Part shown: positions 14,691 to 23,504 of the stretch, piece by piece
Position numbering within the stretch: position 1 is the first letter of the stretch
Layout of the letters: each line of letters begins with the position of its first letter
NCBI GenBank assembly: GCA_020723505.1
Contig: DYIT01000012.1
Span: 372 to 64,371 of the forward strand
Origin: Candidatus Kuenenia stuttgartensis
GTDB lineage: Bacteria > Planctomycetota > JAKEIC01 > DYIT01
Length of the DNA: 64,000 nucleotides
Direction of reading: 5' to 3'
Notes under the pieces: generated by a model
What the model saw: the letters and a program-made list of their open reading frames with translations, nothing else
Told to the model about the DNA's origin: nothing
Databases searched by the model: none
Made by a program: the position numbers and the translations under genes

Positions 14691-15860
14691 ATGTGGGGGG
14701 CTGAGTTGAGCGATCCGAAACCGATTCCCTACGGCAGGCAGTTCATAGACGAGGACGACATCCACGCCGTCGTCGAAGTGCTCCGCGGCGACTGGCTTAC
14801 CCAGGGCCCTTCGATCGAGCAGTTCGAGAAAGCACTTGCCGAGTATTGCGGAGCCAAACATGCCGTGGCCGTAGCCAACGGCACAGTCGCCCTTCATCTG
14901 GCATGCCTTGCCGCCGGGATTGGGTCCGGAGACGAAGGGATTACGTCTCCGATTACTTTCCTGGCAAGCGCGAACTGCCTGGTTTATTGCGGCGCAAGGC
15001 CGGTTTTCGCAGACATACGACCGGACACATGGAACATCGATCCCCTTGAAATCGAGAAGAAGATTACTCGCAGAACAAAGGTGCTTATTCCGGTCCATTT
15101 CGCCGGGCTGCCGTGCGAAATGGACGAAATCAAGAACATCGCGCGCCGACACGGACTGGTTGTGATAGAGGACGCCTGCCATGCGCTCGGAGCGACGTAC
15201 AAAGGGAGGAGAATCGGGGGAACCGGCACTGCGGACATGGTCTGCTTCTCATTCCACCCGGTGAAGCACATCACCACTGGAGAGGGGGGCGCCATTCTGA
15301 CCGACAGCGACAGCCTGGCTTCCACGCTCAGGAGATTGCGGCATCATGGCATAACGAGGGATCCCGGCATGATGGAAGGGGACGACGGGCCTTGGTACTA
15401 CGAAGCGCTGGATATCGGGTTCAACGCTCGCCTTACCGACTTCCAGTGCGCGCTGGGGCTTTCTCAGCTCGGCAAACTGGACCGATTCATTGCACGTCGC
15501 GGCGAAATCGCCGCCAGATACCAGGAGCAGCTTGGAAGCATCGGAGGCGTATCTTTTCAAATCACACCAAGGGATCGAACCAACGCATATCACCTGTTTG
15601 TGGCGCACTTCGATCCGGGTCGATACGACAGGAAAGCGGTGTTCGACAGGTTCCGACGCGCAGGGATTGCTCCCCAAGTCCACTACGTTCCAGTCAACCG
15701 GCAACCGGCCATCCGCAGATTCGCAGGAGATCAGGGCACCTTCGCAAATGCCGAGCGGTACTACGCCGGCTGCCTTTCTCTGCCCATGTTCCCGGCGCTT
15801 ACCGACGAGGAGCAGGGCAGGGTGATTGACGCTGCTCGGGAGTCATGCGAATGCGGGTAG
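14691..15860 (+). CDS. pseC: UDP-4-amino-4,6-dideoxy-N-acetyl-beta-L-altrosamine transaminase (DegT/DnrJ/EryC1 family)
   Basis: PIPYGRQFIDEDDIHAVVEVLRGDWLTQGPSIEQFEKALAEY..FSFHPVKHITTGEGG (PLP lysine context). First gene of a pse-type operon. Confidence 0.85.
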   Translation: MWGAELSDPKPIPYGRQFIDEDDIHAVVEVLRGDWLTQGPSIEQFEKALAEYCGAKHAVAVANGTVALHLACLAAGIGSGDEGITSPITFLASANCLVYCGARPVFADIRPDTWNIDPLEIEKKITRRTKVLIPVHFAGLPCEMDEIKNIARRHGLVVIEDACHALGATYKGRRIGGTGTADMVCFSFHPVKHITTGEGGAILTDSDSLASTLRRLRHHGITRDPGMMEGDDGPWYYEALDIGFNARLTDFQCALGLSQLGKLDRFIARRGEIAARYQEQLGSIGGVSFQITPRDRTNAYHLFVAHFDPGRYDRKAVFDRFRRAGIAPQVHYVPVNRQPAIRRFAGDQGTFANAERYYAGCLSLPMFPALTDEEQGRVIDAARESCECG

Positions 15861-16570
15861 TCTGCATCATCCAAGCGCGAATGAATTCGACCCGCCTCCC
15901 TGGAAAAGTTGCGATGGACATTTGCGGCAAGACCATGCTGGAACGCGTGGTTGAACGTGCCCGTTGCATAGAGGGGATTGCCGAGGTTGTCGTCGCTTCC
16001 TCCACGTCCCCTGCGGACGACCATATCGCCGGCTTGTGCGCCAGGAGAGGGTTCGCCTTCTTCCGCGGCTCCGAGATGGATGTACTCGACCGGTATTTCG
16101 GAGCGGCAAGGGCATTTAACGCCCAGGCTGTCGTGAGGATTACATCGGACTGCCCTCTGCTCGACTCCTCGATCTCCTCCGTTGTTGTAAAACGGTTCCT
16201 GGGCGAACGCCCCGACTATGCGTCCAACATACTTGATCGCACCTTCCCGCGCGGCCTCGACACTGAGATCATGACGAGAGCGGTCCTTGAGTTGGCTTGG
16301 AGCGAGGCTGTCGAGCAGCCGGATCGCGAGCACGTGACGCGTTTCATCTGGCGTCAGCCCGGGAGGTTCAGACTCCTGTCCGTCAGCGGCGATAGGGACA
16401 ACTCCCGCTATCGATGGACGGTCGACACGCAAGAGGACTTGCTCCTGGTTCGCCGTATCTTCGGCGAGTTCGGCGAGAGCAACTTCACGACCGATGATGT
16501 GCTTGCGTTGATGGCAGCCAACCCCAGCCTCGCCGCGATTAACGCCAAGGTGGAGCAGAAGAAGGTCTGA
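15851..16570 (+). CDS. cytidylyltransferase, PseF/SpsF-like (CTP_transf_3 family)
   Basis: MRVVCIIQARMNSTRLPGKV..RITSDCPLLD..YRWTVDTQEDL. Start set at the second ATG (GGGAG SD, 8-nt spacer). Confidence 0.7.
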   Translation: MRVVCIIQARMNSTRLPGKVAMDICGKTMLERVVERARCIEGIAEVVVASSTSPADDHIAGLCARRGFAFFRGSEMDVLDRYFGAARAFNAQAVVRITSDCPLLDSSISSVVVKRFLGERPDYASNILDRTFPRGLDTEIMTRAVLELAWSEAVEQPDREHVTRFIWRQPGRFRLLSVSGDRDNSRYRWTVDTQEDLLLVRRIFGEFGESNFTTDDVLALMAANPSLAAINAKVEQKKV

Positions 16571-17598
16571 TGCGGACTGCTGTGATTCGTGCGGATGGCT
16601 CCCTTGAGATTGGTCATGGCCACATATTCCGCACCCTCGTGCTTGCAGAAGAACTCCGCCTCCGGGGATGGAGCGTCATATATGCATCCAGGGATCTTCC
16701 CGACGCGCCTCTTTCGAGAATCAGCAGCGCGGGACACGTACTGGAGTTGATTGACGGCAGCCTGGATGAAGCCGAAGACGCCGTGGAGACCGGGCGAATC
16801 GTTCTCGAGCACAGGGCAGGATGGTTGGTGATTGATCGTTATGCAACCGAGCCGGCATCGTTACAGTGCATTCGGGAGAGCGGTGCCAGGATTCTGGCAA
16901 TCGATGACGTGTGCGAGCACCCTTTTCCGGTGGATATTGTCGTGAACCAGAATACGAATGCGCTCGATCTCCCGTATCAGACTCGCGCCGACACCGTGCG
17001 CCTGCTGGGACCCGGGTACGCGCTCGTGAGACGAGCCTACCGAAACGCCCGGCCAGCGGCGTTTCGAAGAATCGATGCAGTCAGGCGCGTCATGGTGTTC
17101 ATGGGCAGCGGTGATCCATGCGATGCCACAGGAAAGGTCGTCGAGGCACTTGCCCGGGTCGCGCCAAAACTCGAAATTGACGTCATTACCGGCGCTGCTT
17201 ATCCTCACCGCGAGAGTCTGCTCCGCCTGGCCAATGCCAGCCCTCACACCGTGAACGTGCTGCGCGATCTCAAGGACCTATCCGATCCCATGTCAAGGGC
17301 CGACGCAGCCATCGCCGCCGGCGGCAGCGCTACGTGGGAGCTGTGCTGCATGGGTGTTCCGATGCTGCTGATGCCGATTGCGGGGAACCAGGAGGGAATC
17401 GCCCGCAGCATGCATGCCAGAGGTTGCGCCCACTCCCTGGGGAAAGCGGAAGAAGCCGTAGTTGCGGACATAGGCGACTCATTGGGTAGAATCCTTAAGG
17501 ATACGGCGAAGATTGCGATGATGGGAATGAAGGCATGGATGCTGGTAGACGGGCTGGGAGCGGCTCGAATAGCCGATGCTATGATGGGGGTCAGATGA
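16570..17598 (+). CDS. pseG: UDP-2,4-diacetamido-2,4,6-trideoxy-beta-L-altropyranose hydrolase
   Basis: IRADGSLEIGHGHIFRTLVLAEELRLRG. GT-B-like C-terminal half GGSATWELCCMGVP. TGATG junction with the upstream gene. Confidence 0.8.
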   Translation: MRTAVIRADGSLEIGHGHIFRTLVLAEELRLRGWSVIYASRDLPDAPLSRISSAGHVLELIDGSLDEAEDAVETGRIVLEHRAGWLVIDRYATEPASLQCIRESGARILAIDDVCEHPFPVDIVVNQNTNALDLPYQTRADTVRLLGPGYALVRRAYRNARPAAFRRIDAVRRVMVFMGSGDPCDATGKVVEALARVAPKLEIDVITGAAYPHRESLLRLANASPHTVNVLRDLKDLSDPMSRADAAIAAGGSATWELCCMGVPMLLMPIAGNQEGIARSMHARGCAHSLGKAEEAVVADIGDSLGRILKDTAKIAMMGMKAWMLVDGLGAARIADAMMGVR

Positions 17599-18446
17599 GG
17601 ATTGTTTTTTTCGGCAACAACCGGGTGGCGGTAGATGTGCTGTCGTACCTTATGACTACCGATGACAGGATTGTCGGCCTGGTGGTCCACCCTGAAACGA
17701 AATCAAGGATGGCCGGGGAACTAATCGGGATTTCCCGCTTGAAGAGAAAGAATATCTTCCTCGGAAACAAACTAGGTGAAAAGGCCACTATTCGCGGAAT
17801 CTCGGAGTTGAATCCGGATGTGGGTGTCTCGGTGTATTTCGGGTACATAATCGGCAGAGAAGTGCTGGCAACGTTCAGAAAGGGATGCTTGAACCTTCAC
17901 CCATCGCTGCTGCCCTTCAACAAGGGCGCCTATCCAAATGTATGGAGCATCGTGGACGGCACGCCTGCAGGCGCGACATTGCACGTAATCGACGAGGGCG
18001 TCGATACGGGGGACATACTTGCACAGGTCGAACTCCCGGTTCTTCCCTGGGATTCCGGCAAGACTTTGTATCGGAAACTCGAGAAAGCGTGCCTGAGGCT
18101 CTTCAAGAAGGAGTGGCCCGATTTCGTCGCCGGACGAATTCTCCCGAAGAAGCAGATGTCTGCGGGGACGATGCATAAAGTACGGGATGTCGATGGAATC
18201 GATGAAATCGACCTCGAACGCGACTACAAGGCACGCAAACTCATAGATATCCTTCGCGCACGGACTTTTCCACCGCACAAAGGCGCATACTTCATGTGGA
18301 ACGGACGACGGGTCTATTTGACGGTACGGTTTGAACCTGAAGAAGAGATCATTCGAGACAACCAAAATGAGCGAAAGAATAGAGCCGGTAATTCAAATCG
18401 GCAGCCGGAAAATCGGCAGGCGGCATCCCGCGTTCATCGTCGCTGA
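17595..18446 (+). CDS. formyltransferase (Fmt/PurN-like N-domain plus C-terminal domain)
   Basis: MRIVFFGNN..NLHPSLLPFNKGAYPNVWSIVDGTPAGATLHVIDEGVDTGDIL is the formyltransferase catalytic signature. ATGA overlap with pseG. The 3' end overlaps pseI by about 80 nt. Confidence 0.8.
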   Translation: MRIVFFGNNRVAVDVLSYLMTTDDRIVGLVVHPETKSRMAGELIGISRLKRKNIFLGNKLGEKATIRGISELNPDVGVSVYFGYIIGREVLATFRKGCLNLHPSLLPFNKGAYPNVWSIVDGTPAGATLHVIDEGVDTGDILAQVELPVLPWDSGKTLYRKLEKACLRLFKKEWPDFVAGRILPKKQMSAGTMHKVRDVDGIDEIDLERDYKARKLIDILRARTFPPHKGAYFMWNGRRVYLTVRFEPEEEIIRDNQNERKNRAGNSNRQPENRQAASRVHRR

Positions 18447-19461
18447 GATTTCCGGGAATCACGGGCACGACTACAACCGTGCAGTACGGCTTCTGAAGGC
18501 GGCCAAGGATGCGGGCGCCGACGCGGTCAAATTGCAAACGTACACGCCGGACACGATCACCATCGATTGCGACAATGAGTACTTCGCCATCAAAGCAGGC
18601 CAATGGTCCGGGCGCAACCTCCACGATCTGTACAAAGAAGCCTTCACGCCCTGGGAGTGGCAGCCAAAGCTCAAGAAGCTCGGCGATGAGATGGGAATCG
18701 AGGTGTTCTCCACGCCGTTCGATCCGACCTCGGTCGACTTCCTGGAAAACGAAGTCGGAGTGAACGTATTCAAAATCGCATCCTTCGAGGTCGTGGATAT
18801 TCCCTTGCTCGAGCGCGTCGCGCGCACCGGAAAGCCCGTGATTATGTCCACGGGCATGGCCTCACTTGCCGAGACAGAACTTGCAGTAGGAACTCTGAGG
18901 AAGGGCGGTTCTCCAGCCGTGGCCCTGTTGCGCTGTGCCAGCGCGTATCCGGCGACTCCCAGTCAGATGAACCTCGCCACTATCCGCCACCTTGCCGACG
19001 CCTTTGACTGCGTAGCCGGTTTGTCTGACCACACATTGTCGCCCGCGGTTTCCATCGCAGCTGTAGCCCTGGGCGCCAGCATCGTAGAGAAGCACTTCAT
19101 ACTGTCCCGGACCGACGGCGGCCCTGACGCTGCCTTCTCGATTGAGCCGGAGGAGCTAAGGCAAACCGTCGAGATGATCCGCCACGCGGAAGCAGCCGTG
19201 GGCCGCGTTGCCTTCGGTGCTGGCCCGGGTGAAAAAGACAGCGTGGTGTTCCGCAAGTCTCTTTTCGTTGTGGAGGAGATGAAGAAGGGTGACGTTTTCA
19301 CCACGCGCAACTTGCGCGTCATCCGGCCCGGACATGGGTTGAGTCCGGTTGAGCTGCCCCGGATTCTTGGAAGAGTCGCGGCCGCAGACATTTCCCGCGG
19401 AACGCCATTGAGCTGTACGCTGGTTGGCGGGTGGAAGTCGAGACGTGAAGCGCTAGAGTAG
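18367..19461 (+). CDS. pseI: pseudaminic acid synthase (NeuB family)
   Basis: IGRRHPAFIVAEISGNHGHDY..KLQTYTPDTIT..FKIASFE..GLSDHT, plus an SAF/antifreeze-like C-terminus. ATG 18367 preferred over TTG 18331. Confidence 0.85.
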   Translation: MSERIEPVIQIGSRKIGRRHPAFIVAEISGNHGHDYNRAVRLLKAAKDAGADAVKLQTYTPDTITIDCDNEYFAIKAGQWSGRNLHDLYKEAFTPWEWQPKLKKLGDEMGIEVFSTPFDPTSVDFLENEVGVNVFKIASFEVVDIPLLERVARTGKPVIMSTGMASLAETELAVGTLRKGGSPAVALLRCASAYPATPSQMNLATIRHLADAFDCVAGLSDHTLSPAVSIAAVALGASIVEKHFILSRTDGGPDAAFSIEPEELRQTVEMIRHAEAAVGRVAFGAGPGEKDSVVFRKSLFVVEEMKKGDVFTTRNLRVIRPGHGLSPVELPRILGRVAAADISRGTPLSCTLVGGWKSRREALE

Positions 19462-20493
19462 CCCTCTCTCCCTCGCGAACTCCTCAGCCTCGGGCAGGTC
19501 GAGCTTCGCTATAATGCCCAGAAGCCCTTCCGCGGAGAGCCACTCCGTGTTCTTGTCGGAGGAGTACCGGAATCCGTCCCCGCAGGGGGATCCGACGGAG
19601 GACCAGTCCTTCTTGCGCTCGAATTCGAACTGCGGGCAGATCACGAAGCGGTCGCGGAGCTCGACCGTGTTCCTCGCGTCGTCCTCCGGCACCATGACCT
19701 CGTGGAGCTTCTCCCCGCTGCGTATGCCGACGATTTCCCGGCGGCATCCGGGGCCGATTGCGTCGGCGAGGTCCGTAATCCGCATGCTCGGAATCTTTGG
19801 AACGAATATCTCCCCGCCCCCCATCGCGCCCAGGCAGTCGAGCACGAACTCTATCCCCTGCTCGAGCGTTATCCAGAACCGGGTCATGCGCTCGTCGGTG
19901 ATGGGCAGTACGCCCTCCCGCCGCTTGCGGAGGAAGAACGGGACCACGGATCCGCGCGACCCCACGACGTTGCCGTAGCGCACTGCGGCGAACCGAGTGG
20001 GCTTCCAGCCGGCGTACACGTTCCCGGCCACGAACAGCTTGTCCGAGCAGAGCTTCGTGGCCCCGTAGAGGTTCACGGGATTGGCTGCCTTGTCCGTGGA
20101 CAGGGCCACAACCCGCTTGACCCCCTTGTCGATGGCGCAGTCTATGACGTTCTGGGCTCCCAGGACGTTCGTCTTCACGGCCTCGAACGGGTTGTACTCG
20201 GCCGCGGGGACCTGCTTCAGCGCCGCCGCGTGGATGACGTAGTCCACCCCGTCGAAGGCCCTCGCCAGCCGGTCCCGGTCGCGGACGTCGCCGATGAAGA
20301 ACCTGATTCTCGAATCCTGGTACCTCGAATCGCCGGACATCTCGAACTGCTTGAGCTCGTCCCGGCTGTAGATCACGAGCCTCCGGATTTTCGTGCCGGC
20401 AAGCAGTTTCGCGGCCATCTTCCTGCCGAACGACCCCGTCCCCCCGGTGATCAGCACGCACGCCCCGTCGATCGCGAAGTTCTGGGTGCTCAT
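19453..20493 (-). CDS. pseB: UDP-N-acetylglucosamine 4,6-dehydratase (inverting)
   Basis: VLITGGTGSFGRK..LVIYSRDELKQFEM..STDKAANPVNLYGATKL. Start moved to MSTQNF (AGGAG SD). Converges on pseI with a 9-nt overlap. Confidence 0.9.
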   Translation of the reverse strand: MSTQNFAIDGACVLITGGTGSFGRKMAAKLLAGTKIRRLVIYSRDELKQFEMSGDSRYQDSRIRFFIGDVRDRDRLARAFDGVDYVIHAAALKQVPAAEYNPFEAVKTNVLGAQNVIDCAIDKGVKRVVALSTDKAANPVNLYGATKLCSDKLFVAGNVYAGWKPTRFAAVRYGNVVGSRGSVVPFFLRKRREGVLPITDERMTRFWITLEQGIEFVLDCLGAMGGGEIFVPKIPSMRITDLADAIGPGCRREIVGIRSGEKLHEVMVPEDDARNTVELRDRFVICPQFEFERKKDWSSVGSPCGDGFRYSSDKNTEWLSAEGLLGIIAKLDLPEAEEFARERGLL

Positions 20494-20607
20494 GGGCTTT
20501 ATGCGCTCCTTCGAAACAATCCTCGCGTCCAAGGGACGCGGATACAAAATATCCCCGTTCCATGCCGAAGGCAAGCTTCCCGCCCGGGGAAGGCCGGACC
20601 AGGACGC

Positions 20608-21120
20608 CTACTCGACGTCCCCCGGATGGATTTCGACCGCCACGGCCTGCTGGATCAGCTTCACGTGCAGTATGAGCCTGAACACGCCTCTGCGCTCCAT
20701 CACCACGCCCTCGACGCCCGCCAGCGGCCCCTTCCTGATTTTTACGGTCTGCCCGATTGCCACGGCGTACTGGTAGGGGTCCACCTTCATCTTCCTCTCG
20801 AGCACCGTCCTTATGTTGAGGATTTCCTGGTCCGGCACGAAGAGAGGAGGACGCCCCGGTCCTTCATCCCCGACGAACTTGACGGCGCCCGGCGCGGACA
20901 GAATCCGCATCCTCGTCTCGTACGCATCCCCGGCTTCCAGTTCGCCGCGGATGAATACATAGCCCGGGAAGAGCGGGAAATCCACTTCGGACTTCCTGTC
21001 CTTCCAGCGCTTCATCTTCCTCACGAGCGGAAGGTAGGCCTCGACGCCCCGCTCGGCGAAGAACCCGCTCAGGCGCTTCTCATGCCTGCTCTTGGTGTAT
21101 AGCGCGTACCAGTGCTCCAT
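20608..21120 (-). CDS. NusG-paralog transcription antiterminator (RfaH/UpxY-like)
   Basis: NGN domain MEHWYALYTKSRHEKR..PLFPGYVFIRG. KOW motif IGQTVKIRKGPLAGVEGVV. Start moved to MEHWY, 2 nt after the upstream stop. Confidence 0.75.
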   Translation of the reverse strand: MEHWYALYTKSRHEKRLSGFFAERGVEAYLPLVRKMKRWKDRKSEVDFPLFPGYVFIRGELEAGDAYETRMRILSAPGAVKFVGDEGPGRPPLFVPDQEILNIRTVLERKMKVDPYQYAVAIGQTVKIRKGPLAGVEGVVMERRGVFRLILHVKLIQQAVAVEIHPGDVE

Positions 21121-21122
21121 CG

Positions 21123-23126
21123 CTACCCCGTTATCTCCGGCCTGCGGGCGGCAATCAGGCAGTAGACGGCCAGCGGGAGCGAGATGGCGAACACGAGGAT
21201 GAGGCACAGGCCCGAGACCAGCTCCACGTGCCCGAAGTGGATTGCGTTGAAAATCCTTATCGGCATGGTCTGGCAGCCCGCGGGATGCACCAGCAGGGCC
21301 GCGTCGAGCTCGCCCATCGAGAGGATGAAGACCAGTATCCACCCGGCGGCGATTCCCCTCGCCGAGAGCCGCATCGTGACCTGGACCACGGTCCTGGCCG
21401 GGCCCGACCCGTGCACCCGGGCCGCCTCCTCGAGCTCGGGATTCACGGCCTTGACCGCGGACGCGGCCGGCTTCACCGCGAACGGCATGAACCGCACCAC
21501 GAAAAGCCAGACGAGAATCGCCTCGGACGAGTACACCGCGCCGAGGATGCCGGGCCTGTTGAAGACCTCTATCATCCCCGCCCCGAGCACCGCCGCCGGA
21601 GCCGCGTACGGCAGCATGACCAGGATTTCAGTCAGGACCCCGCGCGCCCCGCCTGCCCTCGCCGCCAGCCATCCGATTGCCGAACCCGCGGCGGCGGCGA
21701 GCGTGGCCGCCAGCGCCGAAACCCATATCGACGTCTTGATCTCCGGCCCCATCTCGATGACCGCGGCTTTCAGGTTCGCGGGAGACTTCGTCATGTACGC
21801 GAGGACCCCCACCGGCACCGCGCATGCCACGGCAAGCACGGCCAGGCACCCGAGAAGCACCGCCCAGCGCCATCTGCCCGCGTCCATCACCAGCCCGCTC
21901 CTCACCTGCTTCGCCGAGGCTGCCCTCGTCCTCCTGCTCTCCATGAACCCCTGGAACACCACCGCCCCGACGGCGAGCAGCTGCAGCGGCATCCCCACCG
22001 CCATCGCCTGGCCCCCGGACATGTCGGTCTGGAACGCCACGAGCACCTGGCTCGAGAACAGCTGGAGCCTCAGCAGGAACGGCGCCGCGGAACAGGAGAG
22101 CGTGAAGGCGAACACGAACACGGCCCCGGAGAGGATGTAGGGGGCCGTGGCCCTCAGCGAAACGAAAACAGCGGTCCTCAGCCTGCCGGCCGCCATCAGC
22201 CCCGCCTCTTCCATGTCCGCGTTCAGGTTCCTCAGCCCTGCGGAGACCAGCAGGGTGACGATTGGGAAGAAGCCCATGGACAGCACGAGAACCGATCCAG
22301 GAACGCCGTAGATTGAGATTGGCATCTTCTCCCACCCGAACGCCTGCTTGAGCGCCTCGGAAAGCGCCCCCTTCTCGCCCAGTATGAGAGTCCAGGCTAT
22401 GGCGGTGATGTAGGGCGGTATGAGCAGGGGAACGATGTACAGGGCGGAGAGCAGCCCCCTCCCGGGCGTGTTGATCTTCGAAATCGCCACGGCGAAGAAG
22501 GACCCGACCGTCACCGCTACCGCGACCGTGAGCAGGGCCACGACGAGGGTGTCGAGCAGGAGCTTGAGCTTCTTCGAATCGGAGATCATGTCGCCGTACG
22601 CCGAAAGGGAGAACCGCTTCCGGGCGAGGAAGCTGACGTTCATCCCCGGCTTCAAATCGAGGCGTGCCGCTTCGGTGTTGGGCACCACGACCGACGTCAT
22701 CTTCTCCACGTCGAGGCGGACGGACTTCTCGGTCACCGACTCTATTACGGCCCTGTCCCACAGGGCGGACCTGGTCGGCGGAGGGTTCAGGAACAGCGTA
22801 ATCTTCCGGTCCGGTGAGCCCTTGAAATAGACGAGCGGAGGCGAGAAATAGACCTGAGCCCCTTCCCGGAACGGCCCTGCGTCGCCCGCGGCATAGGGCG
22901 CGGCCAGGATTTCCACGAGGTCAATCTTGAGCCTGCTGAAGGCCGCGGAGTCGGGGGCAATCTCCGAAATCCGGCCCGTGGAAAACCCGGGTCCGGGCTC
23001 TCCGCCGGCCGGGACGACGGAAACTTCGTCGACTGCGACCGTTTTCAGAGCCATGACCGCGACCGGCCACAGCGCGAACAGCGCGAAGGCCGAAAGCAGG
23101 CAGAACAGGAGTACGCGCTTCCACAT
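21123..23126 (-). CDS. ABC transporter permease with two fused BPD-type domains (iron(III)/FbpB-like)
   Basis: Two EAA loops (MEEAGLMAAGRLRTAVFVSLRATAP; LEEAARVHGSGPARTVVQVTMRLS). About 12 TM segments, plus a roughly 170-aa soluble insert after TM1. Confidence 0.8.
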   Translation of the reverse strand: MWKRVLLFCLLSAFALFALWPVAVMALKTVAVDEVSVVPAGGEPGPGFSTGRISEIAPDSAAFSRLKIDLVEILAAPYAAGDAGPFREGAQVYFSPPLVYFKGSPDRKITLFLNPPPTRSALWDRAVIESVTEKSVRLDVEKMTSVVVPNTEAARLDLKPGMNVSFLARKRFSLSAYGDMISDSKKLKLLLDTLVVALLTVAVAVTVGSFFAVAISKINTPGRGLLSALYIVPLLIPPYITAIAWTLILGEKGALSEALKQAFGWEKMPISIYGVPGSVLVLSMGFFPIVTLLVSAGLRNLNADMEEAGLMAAGRLRTAVFVSLRATAPYILSGAVFVFAFTLSCSAAPFLLRLQLFSSQVLVAFQTDMSGGQAMAVGMPLQLLAVGAVVFQGFMESRRTRAASAKQVRSGLVMDAGRWRWAVLLGCLAVLAVACAVPVGVLAYMTKSPANLKAAVIEMGPEIKTSIWVSALAATLAAAAGSAIGWLAARAGGARGVLTEILVMLPYAAPAAVLGAGMIEVFNRPGILGAVYSSEAILVWLFVVRFMPFAVKPAASAVKAVNPELEEAARVHGSGPARTVVQVTMRLSARGIAAGWILVFILSMGELDAALLVHPAGCQTMPIRIFNAIHFGHVELVSGLCLILVFAISLPLAVYCLIAARRPEITG

Positions 23127-23207
23127 GCAGTCTGCGCCCTATCATCCCGGATTTTCCGGGGATTGATCCATTATCAGCCCTTGCAGCCGCGAAATCCAGT
23201 CAATCAT

Positions 23208-23260
23208 GACCCGGACGAGCCTGAACTAAATAAGAAAGCACAATCAGGCTCGTCCGGGTC
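23208..23260. repeat. family-A hairpin, best copy
   Basis: Perfect 17-bp stem GACCCGGACGAGCCTGA / TCAGGCTCGTCCGGGTC, 19-nt loop. Lies in a divergent intergenic region. Confidence 0.75.
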
Positions 23261-23504
23261 CGGCCTTCCCCGGGCAGGGGCGAAGAGTCCGGAATCTTCG
23301 GGCGGCGGGCGCTTAAGTTTTCTCTGATGTGCCGTCGGGCGATTTCACCGTCTCGCAAGTCCTTCCAAAACCCCACGACTCCCTTGCCGGTTGCCGGCAC
23401 GACCGGCTCCGCGCCCGACTCTTCATCGCTGGCGCGTGCCTTACCGTCTTGATTGCTTCCCGTTTCCGAGCTATCATTTGATGATTCATTAATGGAGGTG
23501 CCAA

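Noticed and set aside
17627-17639. GGCGGTAG (the ops/JUMPStart core for RfaH-type antiterminators) followed by ATGTG, inside the formyltransferase gene.
   Set aside because: The full ops consensus GGCGGTAGnnTG is not met. The site lies in coding sequence 30 nt after a start codon. An 8-mer is expected about twice by chance in 128 kb of double-stranded sequence.
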